DNA of 64,000 bases from Octopus sinensis (lineage: Eukaryota), in NCBI RefSeq assembly GCF_006345805.1, contig NC_043007.1, forward strand, positions 68,820,001-68,884,000. The letters are read 5' to 3'. Within the stretch, counting starts at the first letter, position 1. Each line of letters opens with the position of its first letter. Of the stretch, positions 13,066 to 27,469 are shown in pieces. The position numbers and the translations under genes are program-made. Below the pieces are notes generated by a model. It had not been told where the DNA came from, ran no database searches, and saw only the letters and a list, made by a program, of their open reading frames with translations.

Positions 13066-13469
13066 CGTAGGAGTGGCTGTGTAGTAAGTAGCTTGCTCAC
13101 AAACCACATGGTTCCGGGTTCAGTTCCACTGCGTGGCACCTTGGGCAAGTGTCTTCTACTATAGCCTCGGGCCGACCAAAGCCTTGTGAGTGGATTTAGT
13201 AGACGGAAACTGAAAGAAGCCCGTTGTATATATGTATATATATATGTATGTGTATGTGTTTGTGTGTCTGTGTTTGTCCCCCCAATATCACTTGAAAACC
13301 GACGGGGATGTGTTTACGTCCCCGTAACTTAGCGGTTCGGCAAAAGACACCGATAGAGTAAGTACTAGGCTTACAAGGAATAAGTCCTGCGGTCGATTTG
13401 CTCGACTAAAGGCGGTGCTCCAGCATGGACACAGTCAAATGACTGAAACAAGTAAAAGAGCAAAAGAGT
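13064..13469 (+). mobile_element. tRNA-derived bipartite SINE (family C) with internal microsatellite
   Basis: GGCGTAGGAGTGGCTGTGTAGTAAG head, GGTTCAGTTCC B-box, internal (TA/TG)n, 3' CCAGCATGG..GAAACAAGTAAAAGAG. Confidence 0.85.
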
Positions 13470-13470
13470 A

Positions 13471-13507
<37 letters not shown>

Positions 13508-14502
13508 GAGGGGGAGAGAGAGAGGGGTGAAAGAAAAGGAAGAGTGGAGAAACATACAGTAACTACTTTCCAAAAGAGAAAAGATGGTGCATTCGCTGTA
13601 GAATACACATCCGTACAGAAACAGGAACCGGGTTCGATCCTATGTATAGGAAGTAAGTAAGGTGACTTTATTTTTCATCATTCTCCAAATACTTCGAGCA
13701 TTCATATCGACTGAACTCTCCCTTCTCCCAAAGTAAGAAGAGATTTTTGCCTAGCTCTGAGCTCCAAATTATAATAATCGGTAGAGTTGCAAACTAATAT
13801 ACCGTGGATAGTTTTCTTTTATGGTAATTTAAAGTGACATCAGTAGAATTCTTTTCATTCAATCCAGGGTTAATACGTTTAGTACCAGTAATATAGTAGA
13901 ATCGATCCAGTTACCTACGCATTTCTTCTGTAAAGGATTAGCATTGATATATTCTATAGATACAAAAATCAATATATATACAATTCTTATTTCTCTTTTA
14001 CTTTTTTTAAATGTAAAATTTAAAATCTTTTAAATACCCTAAATAGCCACAAGAGCAAATAAAAAGATCGACCGGCTAAAGCATACCACCTACTTAAATT
14101 CTATTGCGAACCCCTAAAAGATTCCATTACCCAAAACATTGAATACTGGCCTATTCTATACCAGCCTGCTAAGAAGAGACACACCAAACTATTTACACCA
14201 GCTTACAAATTCTGCATACATGAATAAAAATCAATAGCATAACCTCAAATTTAATCAATAAATTTCCTTTAAAAGATCTCTCCGAAAAAACCTACCCTAA
14301 AACCTCATTACCACTTTACTCAAACCCACATACCCAAAGGGACCGATAGAATAAGTACTAGGCTTACAAAGAATAAGTCCTGGGGTAGATTTCTTCGACT
14401 AAAAACCCATTAAGGCGGTGATCCAGCATGGCCGCAGTCAAATGCCTGAAACAAGTAAAAGAATAAAAGAATATACGTTGTGTGTATGTGTGTGTGTCTG
14501 TA

Positions 14503-14537
<35 letters not shown>

Positions 14538-15673
14538 GTGGCTGTTTCCGATGTGAATCAACATATATTTGCTGCTTTCGTATTTGAAACAGTCGTTGCT
14601 GTGTTGCTGCTGCCATTGATACGCCTGCTTATATTTCCAATACTAATCACTGATATATATTTTTTCTTTCTTAATATCCTGTATACAATAAATGAAATCC
14701 TGTATTAAGACATAGCATCCAATTACATCAATGAAACGATATTTCGCTTAGTAAGTTTAAATATCATTATTAATGTGTAATATTACACAATCATTTTCCT
14801 TTATTCATTAATATATCACGTTGAAACCCTAACTTTGTTTGAGCTTCAGAACTATAATGAACTTATTTAAACAATTATAAATTTCATCAAATGCTAATAT
14901 TTCATTTTAAGTTGTTTGCCGTTGCGATAAAGAAGCAAAGACTATAAAGACAAACAGAACATATTGAATATTTCATTACCTATTGAAAAGTATTGGAGGA
15001 GAAAGGAACAATATGGGAGGATTAAATGGATAGTGGAATTCAGTTACAAGATGTAACGTTCTAATTTCAAATCAGCCTATGAGGCATTACAATTTTTTCC
15101 TGATTCAATAAAATATGTAGGCGTAATATAGCCTACATAATCTGATCACAATCCCTCTACGTTCCTTAATTTTTACACTTCATGCAATGTCATATGAAAA
15201 TTCTCATCTTATAACCAATGTTAGAAATCAACACTTATTTAAGTATCTCTGCAATTTATGTTCAAGTCACTCCGAATCAGAATTTGCAGTTTATCAATGC
15301 AGGATCAAATTATTATCAATGTCGACTGATTCATCTACTCCGTAATTTCTCTGAAAATTTGTCCTTTTCTGTCAAATTTAGGATTCCATATATGCATTTA
15401 TTATTATGTCGATATTATAGTCTAAATTCATATATTGTTTGCTGTTTTATTTTAAGGATCAGGGTAGGAGAAAGTAGTTGTTCCTATGAATTTCATTGGG
15501 GCCTTCGATTCGGGATCAGTGAGATCGTTGAAGTTAATATGTCTCTGTCTGTAATGCAGTAATTGGTTACATAACTCAGTAGATACTTTCCTGGTTCATA
15601 TACAAATATCAATGTGTTAATTTGGGAGAGGAGAAGTTGCTTTCCTTAGTAGGGCTCCAATTGTATAACATAC

Positions 15674-15767
15674 CAAAGCCCTGAAGTTCATGCTCCTTCT
15701 CTGCAACAGAGTCGAAGGGATTGACATAGAAGAAAACTGTACATTGACCGGTTTCCCATAAGTCGTT
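15674..15767 (-). CDS. Candidate internal exon (NDLWETGQCTVFFYVNPFDSVAEKEHELQGF)
   Basis: Long AG-free pyrimidine tract, weak GAG acceptor, donor G|GTATGT; protein-like composition; family not recognised. Confidence 0.3.
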
Positions 15768-16709
15768 CTCACAGCACAGCACAGAGAGATAAAGAGAGGG
15801 AGAGAGAGGGAACGAGAAAGAGAGAGAGAAAGGGAGAAAGAAAGAATGTGTGTGAAAGAGGGAAAGATAGGGGATAAGAGTGAGAGAGATGAGAGAATAG
15901 TTCCAAATGTTTTACTCAAGAACAACTCCGAAAAGATGTAAAACAAAGTTGACCTCGGCGGGATTTAAAATCAGATTACAGAGTGTGAAGCAGTCTGTCC
16001 CATACGCTAATGAATCTGTCAATTTGCCACCATGCGATTACCATATGTCTCAGATATTAAGATTGATCGAATGAGTTGCATGTACTACATAATTAACACG
16101 TGTCTCTTTAATATATAATGATTAATTCAAATCATCGTGTGGATCTGGACCATGTTAAAATCCCCCATATTACAGTTTTATTTCACCCAATACCGTTGCG
16201 ACCGAGGAATGTACGAGAACATTAAATATCTATTCGGCTTTTAACTTGATAAATAATTCAATTTACCGAATAGAAGCTATGTGTTAGATTCTTAAGATTA
16301 ACGAATATAGGACACCTTCGTCTGATATAATTCTCTGGACAATCGACCTACACAGAATTGTATATGCACGTCAGGCAGAATGTTTATCAAACATTTATGT
16401 AGGTTTAACATTTATGTCTATCAAACATTTACATATATTTATAATATATTGATTTTTAGCACAAGAATAAAACATCGTATATTTATAACATATAAAGAAA
16501 CAATAAGCATGCCTAATATTTTTTCACGATATTTTTTCTGTATGATAATGATATTTAATATTTATATATTTCGTTGTTATAATATTTTGTAAGAAAAATG
16601 TTAATATAAAAACAAGCATTAAACATGTCACGTAAAGAGATATTTAAGCTGTATAATTAACTACACTGGTGATATAATTGTGGAGACGTGACAATAACAT
16701 TGTTATTTT

Positions 16710-17250
16710 TCACCAGACATTTCAATCCTGAATAGCAGAGAACAGGAAACAGATACTAAGATTTTATTGAGTCACACAAAACACTGATTTATAAACTTTA
16801 ACATGTCCAGATATATCTTAACAAATAACACGCACATATATCATTTACAAACATCGACATTTCCTCATGTGGATATTGAAGCTCAGAATACAAGCGTTTG
16901 ATTAGTAATTATATTATCAACGACTAGCTTTCTTTAACTTAATTTTTTATGGTTTGGTCTGGAGGGAGGCGATCTGTATGCAAGGCTTTCACAGACCCTT
17001 TGAAACCGTTTGGTAATTAGAGTATACGTTGTTAGAGTGAAGAAAGGTTGCGTTCTTGGCCGGCAAAAAGAAGAACAATAATTCCTGCTACATCAATGCA
17101 TCAAATATAAAAGTTCTTTCGTAGTCTTTATTCCATCGAATTTCCAAAAAAGTTTTTTCTCTTTTGAAAATACAATGTCCCATGGATTGACAAGTTCGGA
17201 GCCTAAACCTAGCGATTTAATTTTTAGCAAAGTAGATGATATACATTATT
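16710..17250 (+). mobile_element. Possible decayed DNA-transposon ORF relic
   Basis: LNSREQETDTKILLSHTKH resembles the EEADTR motif of transposon-derived proteins; the rest is heavily disrupted. Confidence 0.25.
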
Positions 17251-17533
17251 TATCGGTCCCAAAATGACTAAAAGCATATTTGGATTTAAAAGGTTTTGAA
17301 CTGACGGTGCAACATGTCAGAAGGAATTATCCATGTGATCTATCCTCTAGTGACTCCAACGATCGGTCGCATGAATTTCAATCGATTACTTAAAAGATAG
17401 TCTGACGAGTAAAATGATGGAGAACGCAGCAAAATTATCGAATAATGAAGACAATTTTTACAACTTACGTTCCTACTTTAAAATCTAGTAAACTCTGTCA
17501 CTCTAGTGTTGTATATGTATGTGTATATATATA

Positions 17534-17617
<84 letters not shown>

Positions 17618-18191
17618 AGAGACAAAGAGGAGCATATATGAATATACATATATTTACATGTATGTACATACTTATTCTCCAGTCAGAAGAGAAACTACTT
17701 AGATATCAATTTTGTGTAGTATTTTGTCGTTATATACAATATAAAGTGTGGTAATCGTTAGGTGTTGTTAAATACATCGTTATGTGTTGTTAAAAATTTA
17801 GCATTAATGACAATTACAGCGAAAAACAATAAAATAAGGTTTATATTTGGACAATCAGCACTATATCGAAATTAGTGAACATAACTAAAGAAATATAACA
17901 CAAAATTCGCAATGGAATCGAAATTTAACGAGATACGATTTTTAAAAGACACCTATTTCAAAAGTTTCTAAGAAATTGTGTGTGTGTGCGTGTGTGTGTG
18001 TATGTGTGTGTGTGTGTGTGCATGTGTGTCAATGTATTAAAGTTGATAATCTCACAAATGTGTTTATCTTTCATACACTAATGAGATAGTGTTATACGGT
18101 CCTCTTGTAATGTAATAAGGTACAGTTTTGAAACGAGACGCAATGAACTCATCAGTAATTTATAAATTAGCGTATGAAAAAATAGACACAC

Positions 18192-18192
<1 letters not shown>

Positions 18193-18275
<83 letters not shown>

Positions 18276-18332
18276 TAATAATAATAATAATAACAATAAT
18301 TGGAAAACAAAACTTTCCAATCCGTAAAACAG

Positions 18333-18386
<54 letters not shown>

Positions 18387-18469
18387 CATCATCATCATTA
18401 TTGTTGTTGTTGTTATTGTTGTTGTTGTTGTTATTATTATTATTATTATTTTTATTTTTATTATTATTC

Positions 18470-18531
<62 letters not shown>
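18193..18531. repeat. Alternating-polarity (TTA)n/(TAA)n array with a short unique spacer
   Basis: Direct inspection; the spacer near 18301-18333 resembles 18647-18677. Confidence 0.9.
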
Positions 18532-18532
<1 letters not shown>

Positions 18533-19199
18533 TTTTCCATAGAAGCCCTTAATTTAATTGTTCTAATTCAAATTACATTGGATGTAGTTTCGAGAGAAGA
18601 TTGATAAAAACTAACACTTGTTGAATTAAAGTGACAAAGAGCAGAGAAAACAGAATTTTCCAATCCGTATAACAGGTTTATTACTATCATATCAGAATTA
18701 ACAAAAAACGAAAACAATCATTTAATGCTAATCGAAAGTTCCTGTTCTTTTTTTCTTTTTCTGTAGTGTATTCTTTAGTAATTTCAAATTATGGCGGGAC
18801 TAAAACTCCTTTCAACTTTTAATGTGTACAAATTGTTGGGTTATCGCCCTTACTTCTGACTCCAGATTAATACAAATGTAATTTCCCACCAACATATCTT
18901 TTCTGTTACGGTTCTCCCAATCTGACGATTTCCGAGATATTTTCCACTAGATTTACAACATGTTCATATTGTACGTAAAACTGTTAAATAGATATTTTAA
19001 TTTACCTAAGGTATACATATTTATTCGTTCGCTTACACATTTTACTGATTATTGGTGGGGGGCACCATGCCGGGGCAACGGTCTCCGATATTTAAGCTAG
19101 GACATCAACCCATGTAATTATATTTACGTTTCGTACATATTTACATGCACATATACACATACATACAATTACATGCATACATATATACGTGCCTCCATA

Positions 19200-19449
19200 T
19201 CTATTATATAAAATCCGTTCTGTCTGTGTGTGTGTGTGTCTTCTAGGATCTCGGTCATCCTCCATCCGAGTCAAAACACTCTTAATGCTGTAAGAGGAGT
19301 GCAATATATAAACATCCACTGACAGGCGGGGGTAACCTCCCCATGACTTTTTCTATGATCACTGGACTAGGCTTAGTTTCGACTATACCGTAGGCATCGT
19401 GAGTGGTGTCTGCACAAGCGGCCGATGGTGGGCTAATTCAGTCTGATAG
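19200..19449 (+). mobile_element. Probable non-autonomous Helitron-like element
   Basis: A|TCTATTATATAAAA 5' end like the other Helitrons here; GC-rich stretch before a terminal ATAG. Confidence 0.4.
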
Positions 19450-19551
19450 CATATATATGTATATATATATATGAAAATTTATGGATGATTTAGGGAAATG
19501 CTAATATGTATACTAAAAATTGATATAAATAACTACGTGCAATGTGATAAC

Positions 19552-19588
<37 letters not shown>

Positions 19589-19844
19589 CAAGTGAATTTT
19601 TTAGAAATTTCTCTCGGCTTATTCGTCTCACGAGGAGAAAATTCTTGTGAATTAACTCTGAAATTAGGACCAATAAGGTAATAACGGAAATTTAAAGAAA
19701 TTTCTCTCGGCTTACTTCAAGACGCAGGTTAATAGTGATAAATTATATGGTTATTGACATTTTGTCTATTTTCGACATATTTGGCATTAGAAATTATTTC
19801 TTTTGCCCTTGTTTATATTAGATATATGTATATATTACTAGTAA

Positions 19845-20270
19845 AGGCCTGTTTATAGGGTTACCCTGGGTTTCTCGCCATAAAGATACTCTTTATGGCG
19901 TATCACCTGACCCTAAGACTTGTTCCTAATAGCCATTTGGAAACCGCATAATAACGGTAGTAGCTGTAGTAGCAACAATAATATTTGCACCACGCCTAGA
20001 AATTCAGTGCTGATGAGAGTGGAAGATAACCCCTAGATTCTACCCTCACAGCGGACAGGTTGCATAGCTGAAATAAGATGACATAGTCCGAAACCGATGA
20101 CCAGCCGATGACCACCAGAAGATGAAAATAACTTCCATTGTTTGTATCCGGTTCGTTTCATCCGCCATACGTTAAAAAGGCCATATGCCAACAAGTCTTA
20201 GGGTCTGGTAATACGCCAGAAAGATACTTTTTTATGGCGAGCAACCCAGGGTAATCCTATAAACAGGCCT
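19845..20270. mobile_element. ~425-bp element with ~80-bp imperfect terminal inverted repeats
   Basis: 19845-19924 pairs with 20190-20270; internal hairpin CGCCATAAAG..CTTTATGGCG in the left arm. Confidence 0.8.
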
Positions 20271-20536
20271 TCATCAGGAATAAATACAGACTATTCTACT
20301 TCTTAGAGTGTACTTCTTGTCCGTTTTTATGTTTTTCTAAAAACAAAAAAAAACAAAACAAAAACGATCTATATATATTAAACTACTATTTCCCGCTAAA
20401 TTACCTGCTGCCGTATACCTTTTACCAAGGAATATATCCACTGGGGTAATTACCAAAAATGCCTTTGGATATATCTATCCCTTAGAGGCTTTAAACACTT
20501 TTAACTTATACCTGTGTGTATATATAAATATATATG

Positions 20537-20573
<37 letters not shown>

Positions 20574-21022
20574 AAAAGATCAACGTCTAAAGAATATAAA
20601 ATAATGTAGGAAAATGAGTTTAGAGTTTGAAGAGTAAAAGCCACTCTTAGAAATATGTAAATTTAGATAATTTTGTGTATATATATGCGTGCATATAGAA
20701 ACAAGCGTATGATGAACCCTATATAAATAACTATTTATACGCATACATCTTTCATATATTATGTATGCTAATACTCGCTGTACATATGACTAACCATAAG
20801 AAGCCAGACAGAAAATATGGAATCGAGATAGATGGAAAGTGGCGGAATTCAAACTGTTGAGAGGGAGAAAACAAAAACGCCAACGGCCTTTTAGAAGGTC
20901 GTAACACTGTCCACATAAGGATTCTAGCCAGATTGACAATTAACAGGTTTGTATAATGGCAAGAAAATTCTTGGTATGAATATATCAACATGTATGTATA
21001 CACATAAAGAGAAAGCAAGTAG

Positions 21023-21090
<68 letters not shown>

Positions 21091-21104
21091 CATAACATAC
21101 ACAC

Positions 21105-21157
<53 letters not shown>

Positions 21158-21361
21158 GATATTTGATTACACACATACATACACATACACAGAAATATAC
21201 ATATATATAAGCACACACGCACGCGCAAGACACATATAAATATATAAATATATATACGTGTAGAAAGTTAATAAAATTATAAAGAAATGCAAACACAAAG
21301 CTCTTAAATATTTTAGATTGCATATAAGGAAAGAAATAAAGTTATCATAGAACGTATTAAA

Positions 21362-21558
21362 TAGGCACAGAAGTGGCTGTCTGGTAAGTAGCTTGCTTAC
21401 CAGCCACATGGTTCCGGGTTCAGTCAGACTGCGTGGCACCTTGGGCAAGTGTCTTCTACTATAGGCTCGGGCCGACCAAAGCCTTGTGAGTGGATTTGGT
21501 AGAAGGAAACTGAAAGAAGCCTGTCGTATATATATACATACATATATATATATATATA

Positions 21559-21608
<50 letters not shown>

Positions 21609-21945
21609 ATTATAATGGGTAAAAATAATTAATTAATAATTAATAATTTTACCAAGTAGTTAGGTACGTTAAAAGAACCATTATCGGTATAGTTTAACTG
21701 CTATTTCTAAATTTCGGTATGTGGTAAAGCAAATTTTTGCTGAACCCTAATTATAATTATACTCATAATTATAGAATTTATATATATATATACATATATG
21801 TTTGTGTGTCTGTGTTTCTCCTCCCCACCTACACCATCGCTTGACAACCGATGTTGATTTAAGTCCCGGGCTCGATCTGTTCGACTAAAGGTGGTGCCCC
21901 AGCATGGCCGTAATCAAATGAATGAAACAAATGAAAGAACAAAAG
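21362..21945 (+). mobile_element. Family-C SINE interrupted by a PLE-like fragment (about 21600-21790)
   Basis: Head at 21362-21530, tail at 21795-21945; the insert shares ACCAAGTAGT and CTGCTATTTCTAAAT.CGGTATG with the 586-bp unit at 29828. Confidence 0.7.
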
Positions 21946-21963
21946 TGTATTGCGTATATGAAA

Positions 21964-22019
<56 letters not shown>

Positions 22020-22212
22020 ATATGATCAATCTATACAATGGTAGCTTACTTACTAACTGCTAGATATTATAGCAGTTGTTTATGTTATCAGATGTGGAAG
22101 AAGATAGGCACATCTATGTAATCTTGAAACGGTTCTCACACATCAAAGTCATAGAAATGTTCATAGATTCCTATATAATTCTTTATCACAGATGTATATA
22201 TTTGTGTGTGTT

Positions 22213-22254
<42 letters not shown>

Positions 22255-22269
22255 TGCATATGTGTGTGT

Positions 22270-22363
<94 letters not shown>

Positions 22364-22787
22364 GAGAGAAAGATTAGCTACGTATGTAATTCTCGAATCA
22401 CACTTTAGACAGAATTATTTGATCTCGGATATCTCGAAAGATCAAGTCTAAATTTATACATTGGATTTCCTATTTTTCGAATGGAATCCGGCTAATCTTG
22501 ATGCCGTAACACAATTCCTTGATTACAACTCATGAAATTACCTTCTGGCTATTTCGTACATTGCCATAGAAATTCTAAGAGAACGCTAATTTCAATACAG
22601 TCCTTACTTCTAAACTGGAATTATTTATAATTATGCCATATATTTACTAATCCTGCTTTTACATTTCATATTTCTCAAGTGGATTTCGAAATGTATAAAT
22701 TTGTTAAAAACGAGATAGATTATGCAATGTATGGGTTACTGTTGTTGTTTAGTCTCAGTGAGTATTGTTTAAAAGTGCAGTTACCAC

Positions 22788-22904
<117 letters not shown>

Positions 22905-22958
22905 GTATTTTTCTATATATTATTATCATCATCATCATTATTATTATTATTATTATTA

Positions 22959-22995
<37 letters not shown>

Positions 22996-23002
22996 CATTA
23001 TT

Positions 23003-23397
23003 ATTGAGTGAGTGAAAGAGCAGTGACACTGGGGTAAATACGTAGCCCCAGTATACCCATCATGACTACCCGCCTGATAAGGGTACACTAGGCACATATA
23101 TCAAAACCATATGTGCGCGATCTAGTGATCTCATATCAAGATAAACAGCGCATGACTTTGCAGGTGGGGCCCAGTTTGAATTTTCTTTAGGTCGAGTAGC
23201 CCATCCCGCTCAAAAGTTCCCTGAATAAGGATTGTTTAAGGATGTTGAATGAAAGGGGAATTATCCAAACTTCCAAGAATTCCTTTCAACACACGCTATG
23301 ATGCTTTCCCACTATTGCTCATGATCAGAGATGCACATATCGTCAGCCATTAAGGGACATGGTTAACTGGTTAAGGTCAAACAACTGACAAGCAAAT
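23003..23397 (-). mobile_element. ~560-bp element, copy 4 (partial)
   Basis: Same family; flanked by (ATT)n on both sides. Confidence 0.8.
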
Positions 23398-23405
23398 CAA
23401 TATTA

Positions 23406-23465
<60 letters not shown>

Positions 23466-23494
23466 ATCATCATCATCATCATCATCATCATCAT

Positions 23495-26400
23495 GGCCGT
23501 CAGCCGAGGAAACCACACTTGACCTCCGCTCCGTATTTTGTTTTCGTTGGTTCTGTCCGGAAAATGGTGCTTTCCTGTCATTTTCGACCAGGGTGGAAAA
23601 TAAGGGATGCTTCTTCTGCTGGTGAGTTCCTTTTTTAAGTTCTCCTATTTCTTAGAGGACTTATCAAATTTATTCTATTTTTTATTCCACGTGGAAAAAT
23701 TTAGGATTTTGCTCAAGGTCTTAGTTTTTGAGTGACTTTCAGAGACAGGAGTGTTTTGCTACAAAAATGAGAGGGTGACAGTTCTTCGTCTGTTGGCGTG
23801 ACTACTAGACAAACAAGCAGGCAAAACAGGATGACCATCCCAATGACAAACAACAACTCCGACACCACCGCCATATTCACCTCTGCCACTACCACTACGA
23901 ACAACAGTAACTACAACAAAAGTAACTGTAGCAGCATGAACAGCAGCAGCAGCAGCAGCAACAGCCACAGCAATGCTTTGACGGGAAAGACAAATAAGCA
24001 GTACAGCTACGATATAAATGATTTCCGTTAGCGAGGGGCTTGGCTACTTCGATCAACGATATGAACATCACCATAAACAATAGCATCACTTTGGCTCCGA
24101 CCAACACCAATAATGACAGGAACAACACCAGCAGAAAAGACGGTATAATTAACACCAACAATAACAGTAACAATAAAAATAACTCCTTTGCAGGAGTAAC
24201 AAAACTGCTGGAGCAAATCTCCCTGAAAGCAAAACTGTGTATCTCAGTGAAGCAGAAAAACTCTTCAATAGAGAGAATAGGAAAACCAAGCTTGCTATCC
24301 CTTCAAATTTGATGGAGAAGACGGCCAGAAGGACCATCGTAGATGTGTGTCGCTAACGATGAAGAAAATCTTCAATGCGTCACACATCCAACTAGAAAAA
24401 TGCTTAAAGGGCATTTAGACCGATATTGATTTCCTCACACGAGGGAAACAATATGGTCCTGTGGAAGCGAGGTTCCCCACAGAAGCATTGGCCCCAAAAC
24501 ACTCAATGGTCCAGTGCAAACACGAGGATCTTCTTCTCCTTTCAACATACCTTGGGCGGGGGTGGTGAAAGTTAAAATATCAGATGTGCCACCAGAATTA
24601 GACATTTGGTGGTTGGTTGCGTGCGCTGTGGTCAATGGCCCGGATTCGCTTCTAGAAATTAAAAAATATCGGAAGGAGTACGGTCCGGAATCGGATTGGA
24701 GATTTTGATCCAGGTAAGACCGGAATCCCTGGACAAAGTCCCTCACCTTATTGAACTGCCTAACGGGGACAGAAATCCAAGGTGCTACACTTGAGGATCT
24801 AATGCCCATTTGAATGTCTTTTGCCCACAACAACAAAATGTCACAAGCTGCATAAACAATCAATGCAGCAACAGCCATTAAAGCAACATCTTTAACAGCA
24901 GAATCCCACCACCACAATGGCACCAACAACTGTAGCGGTGGAAACAAGCAACACTCGACCATCCCTATAGGCGGGCGACATAGATACACCATGTACTCTT
25001 GACACAGGCGATTCAGCAGGTTTATCATGCGACGAGAAGGAATTGAATACCCCAAGAAGAATTTCTATTGAGAAAAGCGGAAAAATAGTTCCAAAAAAGG
25101 CCGTCCGAAGTGAAAAGCCAGAACAATTCGCTTAATCCAACAACTACACTAACAACACAGACACACTCACCCAAATCCCAGCAGTAAAAGCAATGCACAC
25201 TCATTCAACCACAACCACAACCACAACTACGAAAAGTTCCAAAACAGAAACACACGAAGAGAAACAACAATAACAAGAACAACTCGTACAACTTACTAGA
25301 GAATCCGAACGCCTCACCAACTTCACAGTTGTTCGCAAGAGCAACAGCGAGGCGATGCAGGAAGTAGAGAAAAACATAAGTATTCATACAAAAGGAATAT
25401 GGTTCGACGAACTTCTGTTGAAAACTCCCTATGACAGACAGCTGATAAGAACGGATACAAACACTTACCTAGAACTTAAAAAGTATATACCCAAAAGACA
25501 TTGGGCCTTTAGGCGAGAGCCGGATAAGAGGACTTTAGGAAGACCCTTCATTAATGATAATGTGTCTGATGAAGCAGCTGAATCAGCCGACCATTCTTCT
25601 ATTTTGTTCCTCCGATAAACATGGTCGTTTTCAGAGTGGGGTGTATGAATGCATGTGGCCTGGAGTCAGCTTGGAAGCAAGGTCACTTGCTAAACGACCT
25701 CAGGTCGATCGATTTAGATGTGGCTGCAATTTGCGAGACAAGGACTTCTAATGCGCGAACATTAGAGCTCATTTTCGATGACTATGAGATATTCATGTGA
25801 TCTGTCGGGAACGGGCGGTGGGTTAGCAATGCTATCCCGAAATCCTTAGATCTCGAAGTAAAGGCAATCTTCTTGGACTCAGGCGGCAGGTTGGTGATCC
25901 TAGATTTGAATGATAGCGAAGGTGACGCCCTTAAACTGGAAAGCCAGAATTCTTCAGGCGTCTAAAAACATTCCTGCAAACGTCTCACATTTTAGTACTA
26001 GGAGGGGGCTAGAATGGGATTTTGGACGCACGGAAGGAATGTGTGGGACTAGTACAAAGAAGAAGGAGATACAAAAGCCTCGAAAATCTACTCAGAGACA
26101 CCTGATTGTCTGATAGGTATCGACTGGATTTTCCTGATGTGCCAGTATGGATATGGAGCAACCATGATGAGTCATCCATATCGTATCTTTGTTAGGTCAA
26201 AGGATAGGGATAGTGTAGGTCGTCCACAATTTAAATTGGTCGGCTACACAGGCCACAAGTTTGTGATCTTCACAGTCGAGTTAGTTATGACACGTAGACA
26301 GGGACCCAATTACTGGAAGTTAAACGCATCCTTTTCGGCGCGCAAGGACTACAGGGACCGAATTAGTGAACTAGTTAAGCGGCAGTTGACGGGAAAATCG

Positions 26401-26975
26401 TCAACAACCGGTGGTGGGCCGCCCTAAAGAAGGCGATTAGAGCACAATCGATAGCGTTTAGCAAAGGGTTAGCAATAGAAAGGAAAAGATAAGAGGGTCA
26501 AAAATTTTGCAAATTAGAAAACGCGATTAAAAAGGGCATTGCGACCGATGTGTTAGCGGCGAGAATGACCTTTGATCGTTTCTTCGAAGCGAAATACGAA
26601 GGTTGCGTTGTTAGAGCTAAGGCTGAACCAGAAATAAACTAAAGCTGTCCGATGAACCCGAAGGCTGGAGACGCGACGTGGAAACAAAACCATGAGTAGG
26701 TCTTTGACGGATCGAGATGGACACGTGCTGCGCGACCCTGAGCAGATGTGTGCGGCGCAGCACTTCGTTCAGTTCTTTGGGGCGGGCGATGGGTCAACGA
26801 CGGTACTAGACTATAATTCGTACCTGGACGGCTTGCCGAGGCTCTCCGCACCTGACGCGAGGTTATGTGAAAGGCCGATAACAGTCACTGAAATTTGGAA
26901 GGTGATGAGCTATTGCACAAGTCGCAGATCGCCCGGTAGTCTGCCCTACGAATTCTACGTATTCATACCAGATTA
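23495..26975 (+). mobile_element. Tx1/L1-clade LINE: ORF1-like region, AP endonuclease and start of RT; 3' part missing; many stops
   Basis: RIFVRSKD..GHKFV..GPNYWKLNAS (endonuclease C-terminus), ERPITVTEIW..RSPGSLPYEFY (pre-RT motif), Asn/Thr-rich ORF1-like region upstream. Confidence 0.75.
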
Positions 26976-27469
26976 GTATACCAGACAAAATACTTAGCTG
27001 CATTTCTTCCGGATTTACCTTCTGAATTTAAATAATGCCGATGTGTAATTTTTTTTTGAATCGATTAAATAGTACCAGTCATATACCGATGGCAGTGCAA
27101 TCAGCTAAGTCCAGCCACTCTAAAATTGGTAACCTTCAGTTGTGTTATCAGTAAGAAATTGACTAGTGTATCTAACAGGTCAAGTGTTTGCGTAGAAGCA
27201 CCTCGCTTGTTCCTGTTTTACAAAGCTAATTTCTGTAGAATCAATATACGCAAGATGAATATGGTTATACTAGAAACATTTAATACTTTGGGAATTGAAA
27301 GGATAGCAAAAAATAGTTATGAGGTGATGTAAAATATTAGCGTCACCCATTGATTAATATCATTTTGGCAAGCACAGAAAACAATTGCGTATTGATTTCG
27401 CTTTTGTTAAAAGCTCATCGTGGATCATAGATTCTACACTGCTTGCTGAATTGCTGTTGTAATAATAGC

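Noticed and set aside
23495-23600. HDV-like ribozyme at the Tx1-like 5' end (GGCCGTC...)
   Set aside because: No local P1 partner or P3/L3 motif; the nearest GACGGCC is about 820 nt away.
24435-25055. 206-aa ORF, the longest in the window
   Set aside because: It is antisense to the Tx1-like ORF1 region and has no recognisable motifs.
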